From: Carcharhinus longimanus
Taxonomy: Eukaryota
Length of the DNA stretch: 64,000 nt
Reading direction: 5' to 3'
Assembly: GCA_030264375.1 (NCBI GenBank)
Contig: JASCQW010000099.1
Location: 17,239,874-17,303,873 of the forward strand
Shown: positions 37,311 through 49,567 of the stretch, piece after piece
How the letters are laid out: each line of letters begins with the position of its first letter
Position numbering within the stretch: the first letter of the stretch is position 1
Made by a program: the position numbers and the translations under genes
The notes under the pieces: model-generated
What the model saw: only the letters and a program-made list of their open reading frames with translations
The model's database searches: none
What the model was told of the DNA's origin: nothing

Positions 37311-40290
37311 TGTAATAAATCCAGGGCAACTCGATGTGACTCAAAGTAACAAGGAATTTCTGGCCGATGATAAATAATATTTACAACAGAAGGTCAGGCT
37401 GAATCAATATGTGACTGTTCAACTCTCTTCCCAGGATCCAACCACAGGACCTCCTCGACCCGGGATATGACTCTTGCTCCCGATTGCCTCAGCTTCTCAT
37501 CTCAACAGTCCATAGATTCCAGCTCGATCACGTGGCCCTGAGGGAGAGCTCCCTTAAAAAGGGGCCACGCCCGCACATCCCTTCCCCCCAACTCCTGAAT
37601 TCATCAATGGAGGAAACAAAGTAAACCATTAGCATAGGCAAACAATATTTTATTACAGGAAAGCGGGAATACCCCCGGGAAAAACCCAACATAAGTTTAG
37701 TCGATCTGGGGATTCCAGACCTGGGTAGAATGTTTCAGTTCTGTGGGATCATTTCAGAATTTGGAGAATCCAGCCAGACGGATGTAAAAGGCAAACACAT
37801 CAGTCTGAAGTTGAGCTCTTCTATAACTGTTGATTCCTCAGTTACAGTAACCACCAGTTGCTCAGATCCCTCGTTTCCAACCAGAATCCAGGTAACCAAT
37901 CCTGGCAACTTGGAATGCATGGGAGGGGCCATCTATTGATCCCCTGTATCGCTCATTGCTCTCCCCCTCAGATGTGTTTCTTGTGATGACAGTCTTGTAT
38001 CTCCACGACATGGGAGACGATTCCTGTTCTCTCCACAATCTTACCTACCACACAAGCCAGTCCTGCTGCAAATTTTCTGACCATGACTGAATCCTCAACC
38101 CAGAACGCTTCTGTCTGTTTTCCTTGAATTGTGATTTCCTCTCTGAGAAGCTTGCCAACCCGCACCCTCCCCACCAAATCTGGGAATATCATGTCCGATT
38201 GTCGCTTAAGCTGCATCCCATGAGTAGCTCAGCTGATGTGAACGCTGTAGTCGTATTTGGCATGGTGTTAAAAGACAACAAAAAGCTGGCTGTACGTAGA
38301 GGAAGAGGCTGATTGAGTTGTGTCTTCATCAATGACTTGAACATTTCTACTTTACGCTCCACTAGTCCATTTGAGACTCAGTGGTGAGGTGCTGACCGAA
38401 CATGGAGGTTGATAAATTTGATTGATAAGTTTTTGGAAATACTATGCTGTGAATGTTGTGCAGTTGTCTAACACATCACACTTCCATATGCCATGAATGG
38501 CAAAAACTTTCCTTAATTTGACAAAGGTGGCAGTGTTTATTGTGGACTTCATCAACTTCACATTAAACCACTTAGAGTGTGCATCTACTCTTATAAGAAA
38601 CTTGTGACCCATTAATAATCCAGCAAAGTTGATATGTCTCCTTGCCCAGGGTCTATCAGGCCACTCCCATGGATTCCGTTTCACCAGCGGTAGCAGCAAG
38701 CCCATTGAGCTTCACAATTTGGGTGTTGATAGTAGTCATGATGTGGAGATGCCAGCANNNNNNNNNNNNNNNNNNNNNNNNNNNNNNNNNNNNNNNNNNN
38801 NNNNNNNNNNNNNNNNNNNNNNNNNNNNNNNNNNNNNNNNNNNNNNNNNNNNNNNNNNNNNNNNNNNNNNNNNNNNNNNNNNNNNNNNNNNNNNNNNNNN
38901 NNNNNNNNNNNNNNNNNNNNNNNNNNNNNNNNNNNNNNNNNNNNNNNNNNNNNNNNNNNNNNNNNNNNNNNNNNNNNNNNNNNNNNNNNNNNNNNNNNNN
39001 NNNNNNNNNNNNNNNNNNNNNNNNNNNNNNNNNNNNNNNNNNNNNNNNNNNNNNNNNNNNNNNNNNNNNNNNNNNNNNNNNNNNNNNNNNNNNNNNNNNN
39101 NNNNNNNNNNNNATTTCACAGGTTATTCCCAACCTTCTGCTTTGGCAGAGTTTTACTAACTCTGCTTTCTCATATTGACACCCTCCGTGTGACCATCTTG
39201 TTTACTTTGGACAATACAGGGTCTCTTTCTGTTCACATCGTTACATGTTTAGCAGAGACTGGAAATGATAGCAGGTACAGAACCAGTGGAATCTCTTGAG
39301 GAAGCGATGGTGCTGCCACTGTTTGTGGTGAAGATAACCCGCTCAGCGCGTCTGTGTGTGATATCTGTGTTCCAGGGTGATGCTGAAATGTGTAACTGTA
39401 CACTGCTAACAAGACAGCCCATGTCTGCAGCCTTGAAGAGGCAGTTGGCGGTTCTTGATTATCTTTTCTGAATTGACGTAACAATGGCTTGTGGTTGGAA
39501 ATTATAACATGTCTCATAAGTATACTGATGAAATGCTTTGATTGCACAGATGACCAACAAACTTTCTTTATCTTTCTTGGAAGACTTTTATTCTGAATCT
39601 GACAATATTTTAGAAGCAAAGGCAAGGCCCTTCCGTTACAACAGGCACTGGGTGGGACACACGGTGGTGCATTGCAGGTTATTACCAAAGCTTTAGTTGG
39701 ATTGAAGAACATGAACAAAGCATATGACTGCAGAACAAAGGCTTTCCCACCTCCATCGTTGATGTTTCTTTAACTTTGGTGGACATTTTTGAAAAAAATC
39801 TACCATAGTAGTTCACCATGCCCAGAAATGACTTCAACTCTGATATGCCTCTGGCTGTTGAACCTCCTTAATGGCCTTAACTTTCCGTTCTGAAGGATAT
39901 AGCCCTTTGCATCTACCATAAAACCCAAATATGTAACTTCCTCTGCTTGGAACATACATTTCTCCCATTTCAACCTAACCCCTGCTTATTTAAAGTTTCT
40001 CAATACTTCTTCCAAATTTGATCTGTGTTTCTCAGGTGAGGTTCCTGTAACTAATACGTCACCAAGATAAACCACTAAATTAGAGATGCCTTGGAATTAG
40101 CTCTCCAATGTACACTTGGAAATGTTGGAAGCTGTTGAGCCTCTAATAAGTAACAGTTTGTACTGGTACAAATCCTTGTGGGTGCTGACAGTAGGTAGCC
40201 TTTATGAATCTTCATCCAGCTCCAGATGCTGATGGGTGTGACTGAGGCCTAATCTGGTATATTTTAACCCTCCAACTAGTTTGGCCTCTC
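37311..40290 (-). mobile_element. Decayed Gypsy LTR retrotransposon (RT, RNase H, integrase, PPT, 3' LTR at about 37311-37577)
   Basis: RT VVYLGDVLVTG near 40060; RNase H SNHKPLL..ASSRLQTW..HTDALS; integrase WEWPDRPWARRHINFAG..VDAHSKW; purine tract GGGGGGAAGGGA directly before TG at 37577. Confidence 0.85.
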
Positions 40291-41422
40291 TACTTACCAT
40301 GTTATACAGATCACTGCTCCCAGTGTCCCGGGGGGGTGGTGGTGGGGGGGGGGGGGTGGTGGAATCTGGTTTTGATGCTGCCAGGTGGGGAGCTACAACG
40401 AGGAGCTACAATCTAAGAGGGGTGGGGTGCCTCATTGTACAAAAAGGTCCCTAACGAGTACACCCCACCCCCTGGCTCCCCACCCTTTAGCCAATTATAA
40501 TGGATGAATGGTCTTCCCATTCCATCTGAATCCCACTGCCCAGAGAATAATGGCAGTGGAGGTGGGCTGAGCTCTTTAAATGGTCATTAATTGGTCTTGG
40601 ATAATGATGCAGAGTCATNNNNNNNNNNNNNNNNNNNNNNNNNNNNNNNNNNNNNNNNNNNNNNNNNNNNNNNNNNNNNNNNNNNNNNNNNNNNNNNNNN
40701 NNNNNNNNNNNNNNNNNNCTTATTGAGAATTGAGTTATTGCCATTCAGCCTTAAATAAGCTGTATTTCAGGAAACAGATTTGACTACAAACTCTTCTGAT
40801 TTTCTTCACAAGGGATTTTCAGCATTCAACAAAGGAGGTTGGATTCCAGTAACAAGTGAGCATTAACCTTTGATGTATTGTGCTTATTTGGAGTGTTTTA
40901 TGTATTGGATGTTAGCTTTGGTTAGAACACATTAGAGATATTCCTTAAGGGTTAAACGTTATTGTAGTTGTTGTGTTTCTTGTTTGCAATTGTTAGAAGT
41001 TCTTGCTAAGTGTCTTAATATACACGTCAACAATATTCTTAATTAAACTTTGTTTTTGGTAAAAGCTCCTCATGGTCAGTTGAATCACAAATAAAGTGAA
41101 ACCTCTCATCCTCATCCTAGTCAAATTCAAAGTAAATATAGAACATCTTGGGGAATCCAATTTGAGTTGTAACAATAACGTCACATGCATGTCACTGAGC
41201 AAACAGTAGGGGGGCTTAAACAATGTCTCTGCTGTGGAGAATGAACTCTGGGAATGGGGGTGGGGGTTTTCCTGCAGTACTCTCCAGAGTCCATGTCCTG
41301 TTTCCTCCTCATCTGCTGCATTTTCACAACCTCACTAACATGAGGGCTCTGCCCTTACCACCAGGTATACAGGGAGTGATGGAGGAGGAAGCGACAAGAC
41401 ATCCAACACATTTCCCTTTTAT

Positions 41423-41555
41423 AAAAGCAAATCACTGCGGATACTGGAATCTGAAAGAAAAGTAGGAAATGCTGGAAAATCTCAGGAGGTCAGTCAGCAT
41501 CTGTGGAGAGAGAATGCAATTAATATTTTGATTCTGGATGACTCTTCATCAGGTT
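41423..41555 (-). mobile_element. Penelope-type 3' end with hammerhead-like core
   Basis: Minus strand reads CTGATGA-aGAGTCatccaGAaTC-aAAA..., followed by the same tail as the 18905-19170 family. Confidence 0.6.
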
Positions 41556-41639
41556 TCTGTCCCTGTTATAGAATCACAACATCTCTTTCTGTGGAAGGGG
41601 ATTTGAGTTGCCTTAGTTTAAGACACAATTGGTCACCTT

Positions 41640-42420
41640 TTAAAATTTCCCCACAACTGCTCCCAATGTAACTATGATGTCCCACGTGACTATGAATGTG
41701 GTCATCAATCCTTCCTTATCCTTCTTGACCAATCTGCAGCCTTTAATAAGGTTGACCCCACAATCCTTCTCTAACCCCTCTTCCCCATCACTCAACTGAG
41801 AACATCTTTTCCCACCTGCTTCCATTCTTATCTGTCCAATTGTAGTGAGAGAATCACCTGCAATGGTTTCCTTTCTCATTCCAACACTATTCCTTCTGGA
41901 ATTTCCCAGTATCAATTCCTGATCCCCCCTGTTTCTCTTTGACATGCTGCCTCTTGGCAATATTATCTAATGACACATTTCCAGATGCAGTACGTAGGGG
42001 GACAACATACAGCTCTATCTCACCACCACCTCTCTCACCTTCTTCACTGTCTCATCATTGTCACCACTGGCTGTAAATAGTCTGACATCTATCCTGGATG
42101 AGCAGTAATTTCCTCCAATAAATTACTAGGAAGACCAGAGCAAGGCACAAAATCCATTGGCTAGTCACTAACATCATCAGTATCTCTGGAAACAAGCTGA
42201 GACTGAATCAGATTGTAACTAACCCTGGTGTGTGATTCAATCAGGAGATGACATTCTGATTACATATCCATGCCAGTACTCAGACAGATCACTTCCAACT
42301 CTGTAACATTGCCTGACTCCATCCCTGCCTCACCTCACCCATTAATGCTCATCTATTTTATTGTCACGTCCAGCCCTGACTATTCCAATACTCCTGGTCA
42401 GAGTCCCAACTTGCACCTTC
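41640..42420 (+). mobile_element. Decayed L2 LINE RT fragment
   Basis: LL.LSAAFN.VD..ILL, W..SYLS, and Y.GD.IQLY remnants. Confidence 0.7.
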
Positions 42421-43958
42421 CAAAAATGAAAAGGAAACTTGATGTTTACTGACTGGTAGAGACTGGAGAAATGAGGACAGTTTATATTGACTCCCCCTCG
42501 TATCCGTGACAGAAGCAATGCATGCATTGAGGAAAGAACTGTGGAAAGGTTCAGGTGAGGGGAAGTTGAACACCTTGAAAGGTATAATCATGAGTCTGTC
42601 AGAGTTAGAGAAATTTACTGCATAGAGCAACCTCTGAGGCCACAGTTGTTTCCAACTCAGATAAATCACCCAGATTTAGAAGCTCAAAGCAAAGTAGCCG
42701 GATTTGTAGAGAATGCCAAGCTGGGATAGATGTTAGATTTGGAAGAGGCAGCTCCAAAACCACAGCAAGATTTGAACAAGATATTTCAGACAATAAAACA
42801 ATGGTGGGTGAAATTGAATGGAGACAGTTTTGAATATTATTGCAATGGTGCACAAATAGATAAGGAGGAATCTAAAAGAGATCGAGGATTCTTAGTAGAT
42901 TCAATGTTAAATATCACTGAACAATGCAGAGCAGCACAAACAAAGCCAATAAGATATTAAACAACAATCGCCAAATCAGCAGAATAAAGGAACAGATCAT
43001 CAAACTAACTGAAATCTTTTCTGATTACATCATGAATATTTTGTCCAGTTTTCCTCCCCTTCAAAAATGCGGGAAATGGGAGTTGGCAAGTGGGAAGTGA
43101 ACACATTGGAACAACACGGATGTGACACAATCATAAAACCACAATACTTCCTAAAGAGGAAGTCTTTCTTTCTGTGATTTATCTCAGGAAAATAACAAGG
43201 TAGAAATTCACTGGTGTTTCTCAAACTGTGAGCTCTCTTCAAACTGTTGTATTGAACAATGTTTCTGTATTCCTGAAATAGATTGTTCACTGGCTGGACA
43301 CATTCTACATTAGCTATTGGTTGCCATGATGTGTATTTTAAAATTAGCACAAAGATCAAATGTATTAATTAATGCAACAATTTAAATTGTAAGCTTTAAA
43401 NNNNNNNNNNNNNNNNNNNNNNNNNNNNNNNNNNNNNNNNNNNNNNNNNNNNNNNNNNNNNNNNNNNNNNNNNNNNNNNNNNNNNNNNNNNNNNNNNNNN
43501 NNNNNNNNNNNNNNNNNNNNNNNNNNNNNNNNNNNNNNNNNNNNNNNNNNNNNNNNNNNNNNNNNNNNNNNNNNNNNNNNNNNNNNNNNNNNNNNNNNNN
43601 NNNNNNNNNNNNNNNNNNNNNNNNNNNNNNNNNNNNNNNNNNNNNNNNNNNNNNNNNNNNNNNNNNNNNNNNNNNNNNNNNNNNNNNNNNNNNNNNNNNN
43701 NNNNNNNNNNNNNNNNNNNNNNNNNNNNNNNNNNNNNNNNNNNNNNNNNNNNNNNNNNNNNNNNNNNNNNNNNNNNNNNNNNNNNNNNNNNNNNNNNNNN
43801 NNNNNNNNNNNNNNNNNNNNNNNNNNNNNNNNNNNNNNNNNNNNNNNNNNNNNNNNNNNNNNNNNNNNNNNNNNNNNNNNNNNNNNNNNNNNNNNNNNNN
43901 NNNNNNNNNNNNNNNNNNNNNNNNNNNNNNNNNNNNNNNNNNNNNNNNNNNNNNNNNN

Positions 43959-44070
43959 GACAACCTCACATTTGCCAACATTAAATTCCATTTGCCAGTT
44001 CCTGGCCCATTCGCCCAGCCTATCTAGATCCTTCTAGATAGCAATTCGCCCAGCCTATCTAGATCCTTCT
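43959..44070 (-). mobile_element. CR1 fragment (rest in gap) with a 27-bp junction duplication
   Basis: WQMEFNVGKCEV translation; attcgcccagcctatctagatccttct at 44009-44035 and 44044-44070. Confidence 0.8.
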
Positions 44071-45135
44071 GATTGGCAGAAAGCAGAGCAATGGGATAAA
44101 TGCGTCCTTCTCTGGCTGGTGGTGAGATATTAATGGCAAGATACGACAGGAGTCAGTCCTTGGACCTCAACTGTTTATTATCAATATAAATTATCTGCAA
44201 GCGGGGACAGAGTGTACTAAAGCAAAATTCTCAGATGATACTAAAATAGTTGGGAAAGCAGGCAGTGAAGAGGACGTGTATAAATAGACGAGGAGAACCG
44301 GCCAAAAGTTAGCAGATTGAGTTTAATGTGGATAAGTGTGAGGTGATCCATTTTGGCTGAAAAAATAGAAAGGTAAATCATTATCTAAATGGAAAGCAGA
44401 CTCCAAATGCATCCGGGCAGAGGGAGCTGGATATCTTTGTTCATGAATCATAGATTCATGAACAAATCACAGATCACAGCATGAATCAAAATAGGCAAAT
44501 GGAATATTAGCATTTACTGTGAAAGGATTGAAGTATAAAAGTAGACAGATGTTGTTACAATTAGATGGAATGTTGGTGAGTCCACACCGAGAGCATTGAG
44601 TCCAATTTGGCCTCCTTTTGATGTGGTGGCATTGGAGGCAATACAGAAAATGGTCATCAGATTGATCCTGAGGATGAAAGAGTTGACCAGTAAGGAGAAA
44701 TTAAACAGTTTGGGCTTATGTCGCTGGAGTTTAGAAGAATGGGAAGGGATCTGTTCGAGGCATATGAAATTCTAAATGGGATTGATAGAGTGAATGTGGA
44801 CCAAATGTAATCCCCTTATAGAGCAATCTAGAACAGGAGGTCACAGTACAGGTTGAGAGGCTGAAAATTTAAAACTGAAATGAAGAGGAATAATTTCTCC
44901 TGGAGGGTAGTGAATCTGTGGAACTCGCTGTCCCAAAGCACAGTGGAATCTGAATCATAGAATGGTTTAAAGAATGAGATAGATATATTTATCATAAAAA
45001 ATCGGTGGAGGGAAATGAGGAAAAGGTAGGGAAGTGGATTTGAGACCAGGAGAGATCAACATGATCTGATTGAATGGTGGAGCAGTCTGAAAGGGCTGAA
45101 TTGCCCCCTTCTGCTCCTAATTCCTACGTCTATGG
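44071..45135 (+). mobile_element. Decayed CR1 3' half
   Basis: Q.SVLGPQLF, KFSDDTK, FNVDKCEVIHFG, RVVNLWNSL, and the 3' UTR tail. Confidence 0.9.
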
Positions 45136-45346
45136 CGCATAAAATCTTTTCCCTCCACCCAAGGGGGCAGACGGGCTTTGATTTATGCACTGCTCTGAAA
45201 TGAGCAGCCGTCCGCCTCAATTATATGCTTGAACAGAAGACCTACTGAATCTGAAGTGGGAATATGACGGAGGAGCCAAGGCTGACATTTCCTGAAGTGT
45301 CAACCTCAAGAGTACATAAGATTGTCATAAATTTGTTTGCAACTTC

Positions 45347-45675
45347 CATAGAAATCATAGAAACCCTACAGTGCAGAAAGAGGCCATTTGGCCCATCCAG
45401 TCTGCACCAACCACAATCCCACCCGGGCACTACCCCCACTAATTTATTTTACCCACTAATTCCTCAAACCTACACATCTCAGGATACTAAGGGGCAATTT
45501 TTTTAGCATAGCTAATCAATCTAACCCGCACATCTTTGGACTGAGAGATGAAACTGGAGGAAACCCACACTGACATGAGGAGAATGTGCAAACTTCAGTG
45601 ACCCAAGCCAGGAATTGATCCCAGATCACTGGAGCTGTGAAGCAGCAGCACTAACACTATACTACCGTGCCGCCC
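45347..45675 (-). mobile_element. HE1-type SINE in the 3' flank of unit E
   Basis: Head gggcggcacggtagtatagtg at 45675 and an (ttctatga)n tail at 45347. Confidence 0.9.
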
Positions 45676-45699
45676 AACTTTTGTTTCAACTTGCTTGTA

Positions 45700-46604
45700 T
45701 TATTTGACATATTCAATAATCACAAAGAATGGATGCATTATTGCGTTTTTCAACTTCTCTCTGAATTTAGTCTGGGCCAGTGCATAAATGTACGTGTTTG
45801 TACAGGAGCTCAGTAGTTGGAACATATCTCCGGTATATTTGGCGATAAGTAAGGGATCCGAGTATTGATCGGGTTTGTAATATCTGTCTGTAATTCTGGA
45901 AATGAGGAAAAATACAACATATGGCATCCACAGCACAATAAAAGCACCAGAAATGGAGAAGAGTAAAATGATGGATTTCCTTCGGCTCTGCATCTCTGGA
46001 TCATCGCTGTTCTTGATGTTGCGTTGACCTTGCAGTGCTCTGCGACTTCAATTAACCAGCACAATGTGTCGCACAGTTAGAGCGTTGAGAAATATTATCA
46101 GAAAGTACGGCAACAAGGGGTTTAAAACTGTGTCAAGCTAGTCATAAATGACCCATCCTGGCACAGTAAAGTAAGTTGCTNNNNNNNNNNNNNNNNNNNN
46201 NNNNNNNNNNNNNNNNTAGACAGGCTCAAAAGCAAAATACAGAGGGATGTTTTTGAAACAGAACACAACACACATGGTCACTATAATCACAGCTGCAGTT
46301 TTCTCTCTGCAACACTTCTGTCTGAATTTTTGACAACAAATGAAGACAAAGCGATCGACGGTGAAAGCCACCGTCAACCAGACAGAGCAGTCAACAACTA
46401 CATAGTTTATAACCTCATTAATTCTCACTATGGAAGTGAAGTGTAGAAGTGAAAATGGAAAATAGTAGTAAAGAATGTAATAGATGATCACATTGAAAAT
46501 AATAACCAGTAGGTCCACAGTTGTCATACCCACCAGGTAAAGAGTGATCCCTTTGGATAGGCCGCAGCCTCCCCGGAACAGAATCACAATTGTCAGGAAA
46601 TTAG
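45700..46604 (-). pseudogene. GPR139-like unit E, full-length exon 2 with two premature stops
   Basis: ttgcag acceptor at 46605-46606; NFLTIVILFRGGCGLSK..SVWLTVAFTVDRFVFIC..QLLSSCTNTYIYALAQTKFRE. In-frame TAG at 46138-46140 and TGA at 46048-46050. Confidence 0.9.
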
Positions 46605-47643
46605 CTGCAAAGAAAAGAACAGGTTTCCCAATTTGTTACATTGAATTTCTTGGAAATAACAGCCTACAATCAGCTCATATACTTCAATAGGTCTATGCTG
46701 CTTGTTCATTCTTCACAAACACCTCTACCCACCCTGCTCCATCCATCTCACCCTATCAACATAATCTCCTACTCTATTCTTCCTCATTTACTTATTCAGC
46801 TTTGCCTCAATAAACAAGCTTATTATGTCTGTCTGGGTAACAATGCTGCACAGATTAGAAGGAAACAAACACTCTCTCAAACTAGAATATTTTTAGGGAG
46901 GTGAATTGAGCAGGTGACTCCCCTTCCAGCCAGGTCTCTGTACAATGATGTTGGATCACAACCTGTCTCAACACTCCAGCCTCAGTCTCACCAAAAGGTG
47001 TGCTGGATTCTAACATCTGGGGCCCCCTCCAACTTCCAAAATTGATTAATTTAATTATATGGAACCTTGTTATGAGTCCAATTGACCATGATTTTAGGGA
47101 CCAATTTCATTTTCTGGAGGTCACATGGGATACCGGAGAGGATTTCCTGGCAGTTTTGCATGGGTGACACTGGGGCAGAGAACCAAGCCTCAAAAAGTTT
47201 GAAAGGTGAGAGGTTAGATGCAATCAGTGATTTTACTGAAATTTTAAACTCCGTCTGGTTTACTGTTATCTACATTGTATAAGGATAACATTGACCAATG
47301 AGAGCAATCAATCCCAATCAATGAGTCTACAACAGTTCCGACATGACAACAGGAACCCCCACCCCTCCGTCTAAAGTGGGAACCAGAGGTCTGAAAACAC
47401 TTGTTCCTCCTCAAGATGGAACATTTATCCCATCCCAAACTCCTCATTTGCTGCATCCCAAAGTGTTTCTGAAATAAATAAAGTGAATCTAGAGCAGAAA
47501 GTGCTGCCTATTGAAGGAGGAGAGGAAACTGGATTCAGCACGAAGAGAGAAAGTCTCAGCTTTTAGACATTGAGAAATCCAGCAAGAGAACAGAGTTAAA
47601 GACTGATTGAAAGAAACAAAACCCACCAGTTTTAGCTTCTTAC

Positions 47644-47713
47644 CGTGAACTCCGAAGACTGCAAGAAAATGATAATAAATAAAAGCTGTCTGTTCAAGTG
47701 TTGATAATTCCAT
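47644..47713 (-). pseudogene. GPR139-like unit E, first coding exon
   Basis: MELSTLEQTAFIYYHFLAVFGVH plus G, then a GTAAGA donor. Splices in frame (phase 1) to 46604. Confidence 0.85.
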
Positions 47714-47788
47714 TTTCAGAGAGTGGGGACAACACCAAACAGTGAGAACAGAGCTGAAGCAGCAGAGTTTCTTCATTAGTGATACTCC

Positions 47789-47800
47789 CTTTATATAAAG
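47789..47800 (-). promoter_or_regulatory. TATA box of subfamily II (palindromic ctttatataaag; also 49406-49417, 49583-49594, 52993-53004)
   Basis: TATATAAAG about 75 nt above the ATG, identical in all copies. Confidence 0.65.
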
Positions 47801-47916
47801 AAACTAAAACCTCCTGNNNNNNNNNNNNNNNNNNNNNNNNNNNNNNNNNNNNNNNNNNNNNNNNNNNNNNNNNNNNNNNNNNNNNNNNNNNNNNNNNNNN
47901 NNNNNNNNNNNNNNNN

Positions 47917-47952
47917 CTCCTTGGAACATGATCACAATTGTCAGCAAATTAG
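47917..47952 (-). CDS. GPR139-like unit F, start of exon 2 (rest in gap 47817-47916)
   Basis: tttgtag acceptor followed by NLLTIVIMFQG; the intron is paralogous to that of unit E. Confidence 0.75.
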
Positions 47953-48469
47953 CTACAAAGCAAAGAACAGGTTTCTCAGTTTGTTGCATTGAATTACTTG
48001 GAAATAACAGCCTACAATGAGGTCATTTACTTCAAAAGGTCTACGCCGCTTGTTTATTCACTCACCACAAACCACCCTACTCCTTCCATCTCACCCTATC
48101 AACATAATCTCCTACTCCATTCTTCCTCATGTATTTATTCAGCTTTGCCTCAACAGATAAGCTCACAAGGTTGGTGTGGGTAATAATACAGCACAAATTA
48201 GAAGGAAGCAAACAATCTCACAAATCAGAATACTTTTAGGGTGGTGAATTGAGCAAGTGATACCCTATCCACTTTCCCCTACCAGCCAGATTCCTGGGAT
48301 ATTGGATATTAGAGCACAACCTGCCTCATCACTCCTGTCTCACCAAAGTCACACCAAAGTTGGGCTGGATTCTGACACCTGGGGTCCCCTACGCCTTGGA
48401 AAATTGATTAATTATGCAAAACCTTGTTATGAGCCCAATTGACCACAATTTTAGGGGCCATCATCATGC

Positions 48470-48720
48470 GTAGAATCATAGAATCCCTACAGTGCAGACA
48501 GAGGCCAGTTGGCCCATCAAGCCTGCACCAACAGCAATTTAGCACAGTCAATCTGCTGGACCTTTGGATTGTGGGAGGAAACGAGAGCACCCGGAGGAAA
48601 CCCATGCATACACAGGGAGAACATGCAAACTCCACACGGACAGTGATCCGAGGCCAGAATTGAACCTGGGTCCCTGGCACTGTGAGGCAGCAGTGCTAAC
48701 AACTGTGCACTGTACCACCC
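48470..48720 (-). mobile_element. HE1-type SINE in the intron of unit F
   Basis: SINE head and tail present; absent from the paralogous position near 47105 in unit E. Confidence 0.85.
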
Positions 48721-49264
48721 ATATTCGCTGGTGTTCACATGGGATAACAGGAGAAAGTTTCCCAGCAGTGCTACATGGGTGGCCCTAGGAGAGAAAAAAG
48801 CCTCAAAAATGTTCGAAAGGTGAGAGGTTGCATACAGTCAATGATTTTACTGACATTTAAAACTCTGTCTGATTTACCATCTACCATCCTGATATTTATA
48901 TTACATAAGGATAATGTTGACCAATCAGAACAATCAATTCTGATCAATGAATCTACAACAGTCCCTGACATGTCACAAGGAAACCCCCGCCCTCTCCCAC
49001 TCCCCCTCTAAAGTGGAGAACTTTGGAAACCAGAGTTCTGGAAACACCTGTTTCTAACAACATGGAACATTTACCCCACCCCAAACTCTTCATTTACTTC
49101 TGCAATAAATAAAACGAACCTAGAGCAGAAAGTGCTGCCTATTGAAGGAAGAGCGGGAACTGGATTCAGAATGGAGAGTCTCAGCTTTTAGACATTGAGA
49201 GATTCACCAAGAGAAGAGAATTAAAGAATGAAAGAATCAAAAGCCACCAGTTTCAGCTTCTTAC

Positions 49265-49334
49265 TGGGAACTCCGAAGACTGCAAGAAAATGATAATAAA
49301 TAAAAGCTGCCTGTTCAATTGTTGATAATTCCAT
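49265..49334 (-). CDS. GPR139-like unit F, first coding exon
   Basis: MELSTIEQAAFIYYHFLAVFGVP plus A, then a GTAAGA donor; in phase with 47952. Confidence 0.85.
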
Positions 49335-49567
49335 ATTCAGAGAGAGGGAACGACACCAGTGAGAACAGAGCTGAAGCAGCAGAGTTTCTTCATTAGTGAT
49401 ACTCCCTTTATATAAAGAAACTAAAACCTCCTGNNNNNNNNNNNNNNNNNNNNNNNNNNNNNNNNNNNNNNNNNNNNNNNNNNNNNNNNNNNNNNNNNNN
49501 NNNNNNNNNNNNNNNNNNNNNNNNNNNNNNNNNCAGTGAGAACAGAGCTGAAGCAGCAGAGTTTCTT

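Noticed and set aside
40328-40362. G-rich run with G-quadruplex potential
   Set aside because: A low-complexity tract at a repeat boundary with no independent evidence of function.
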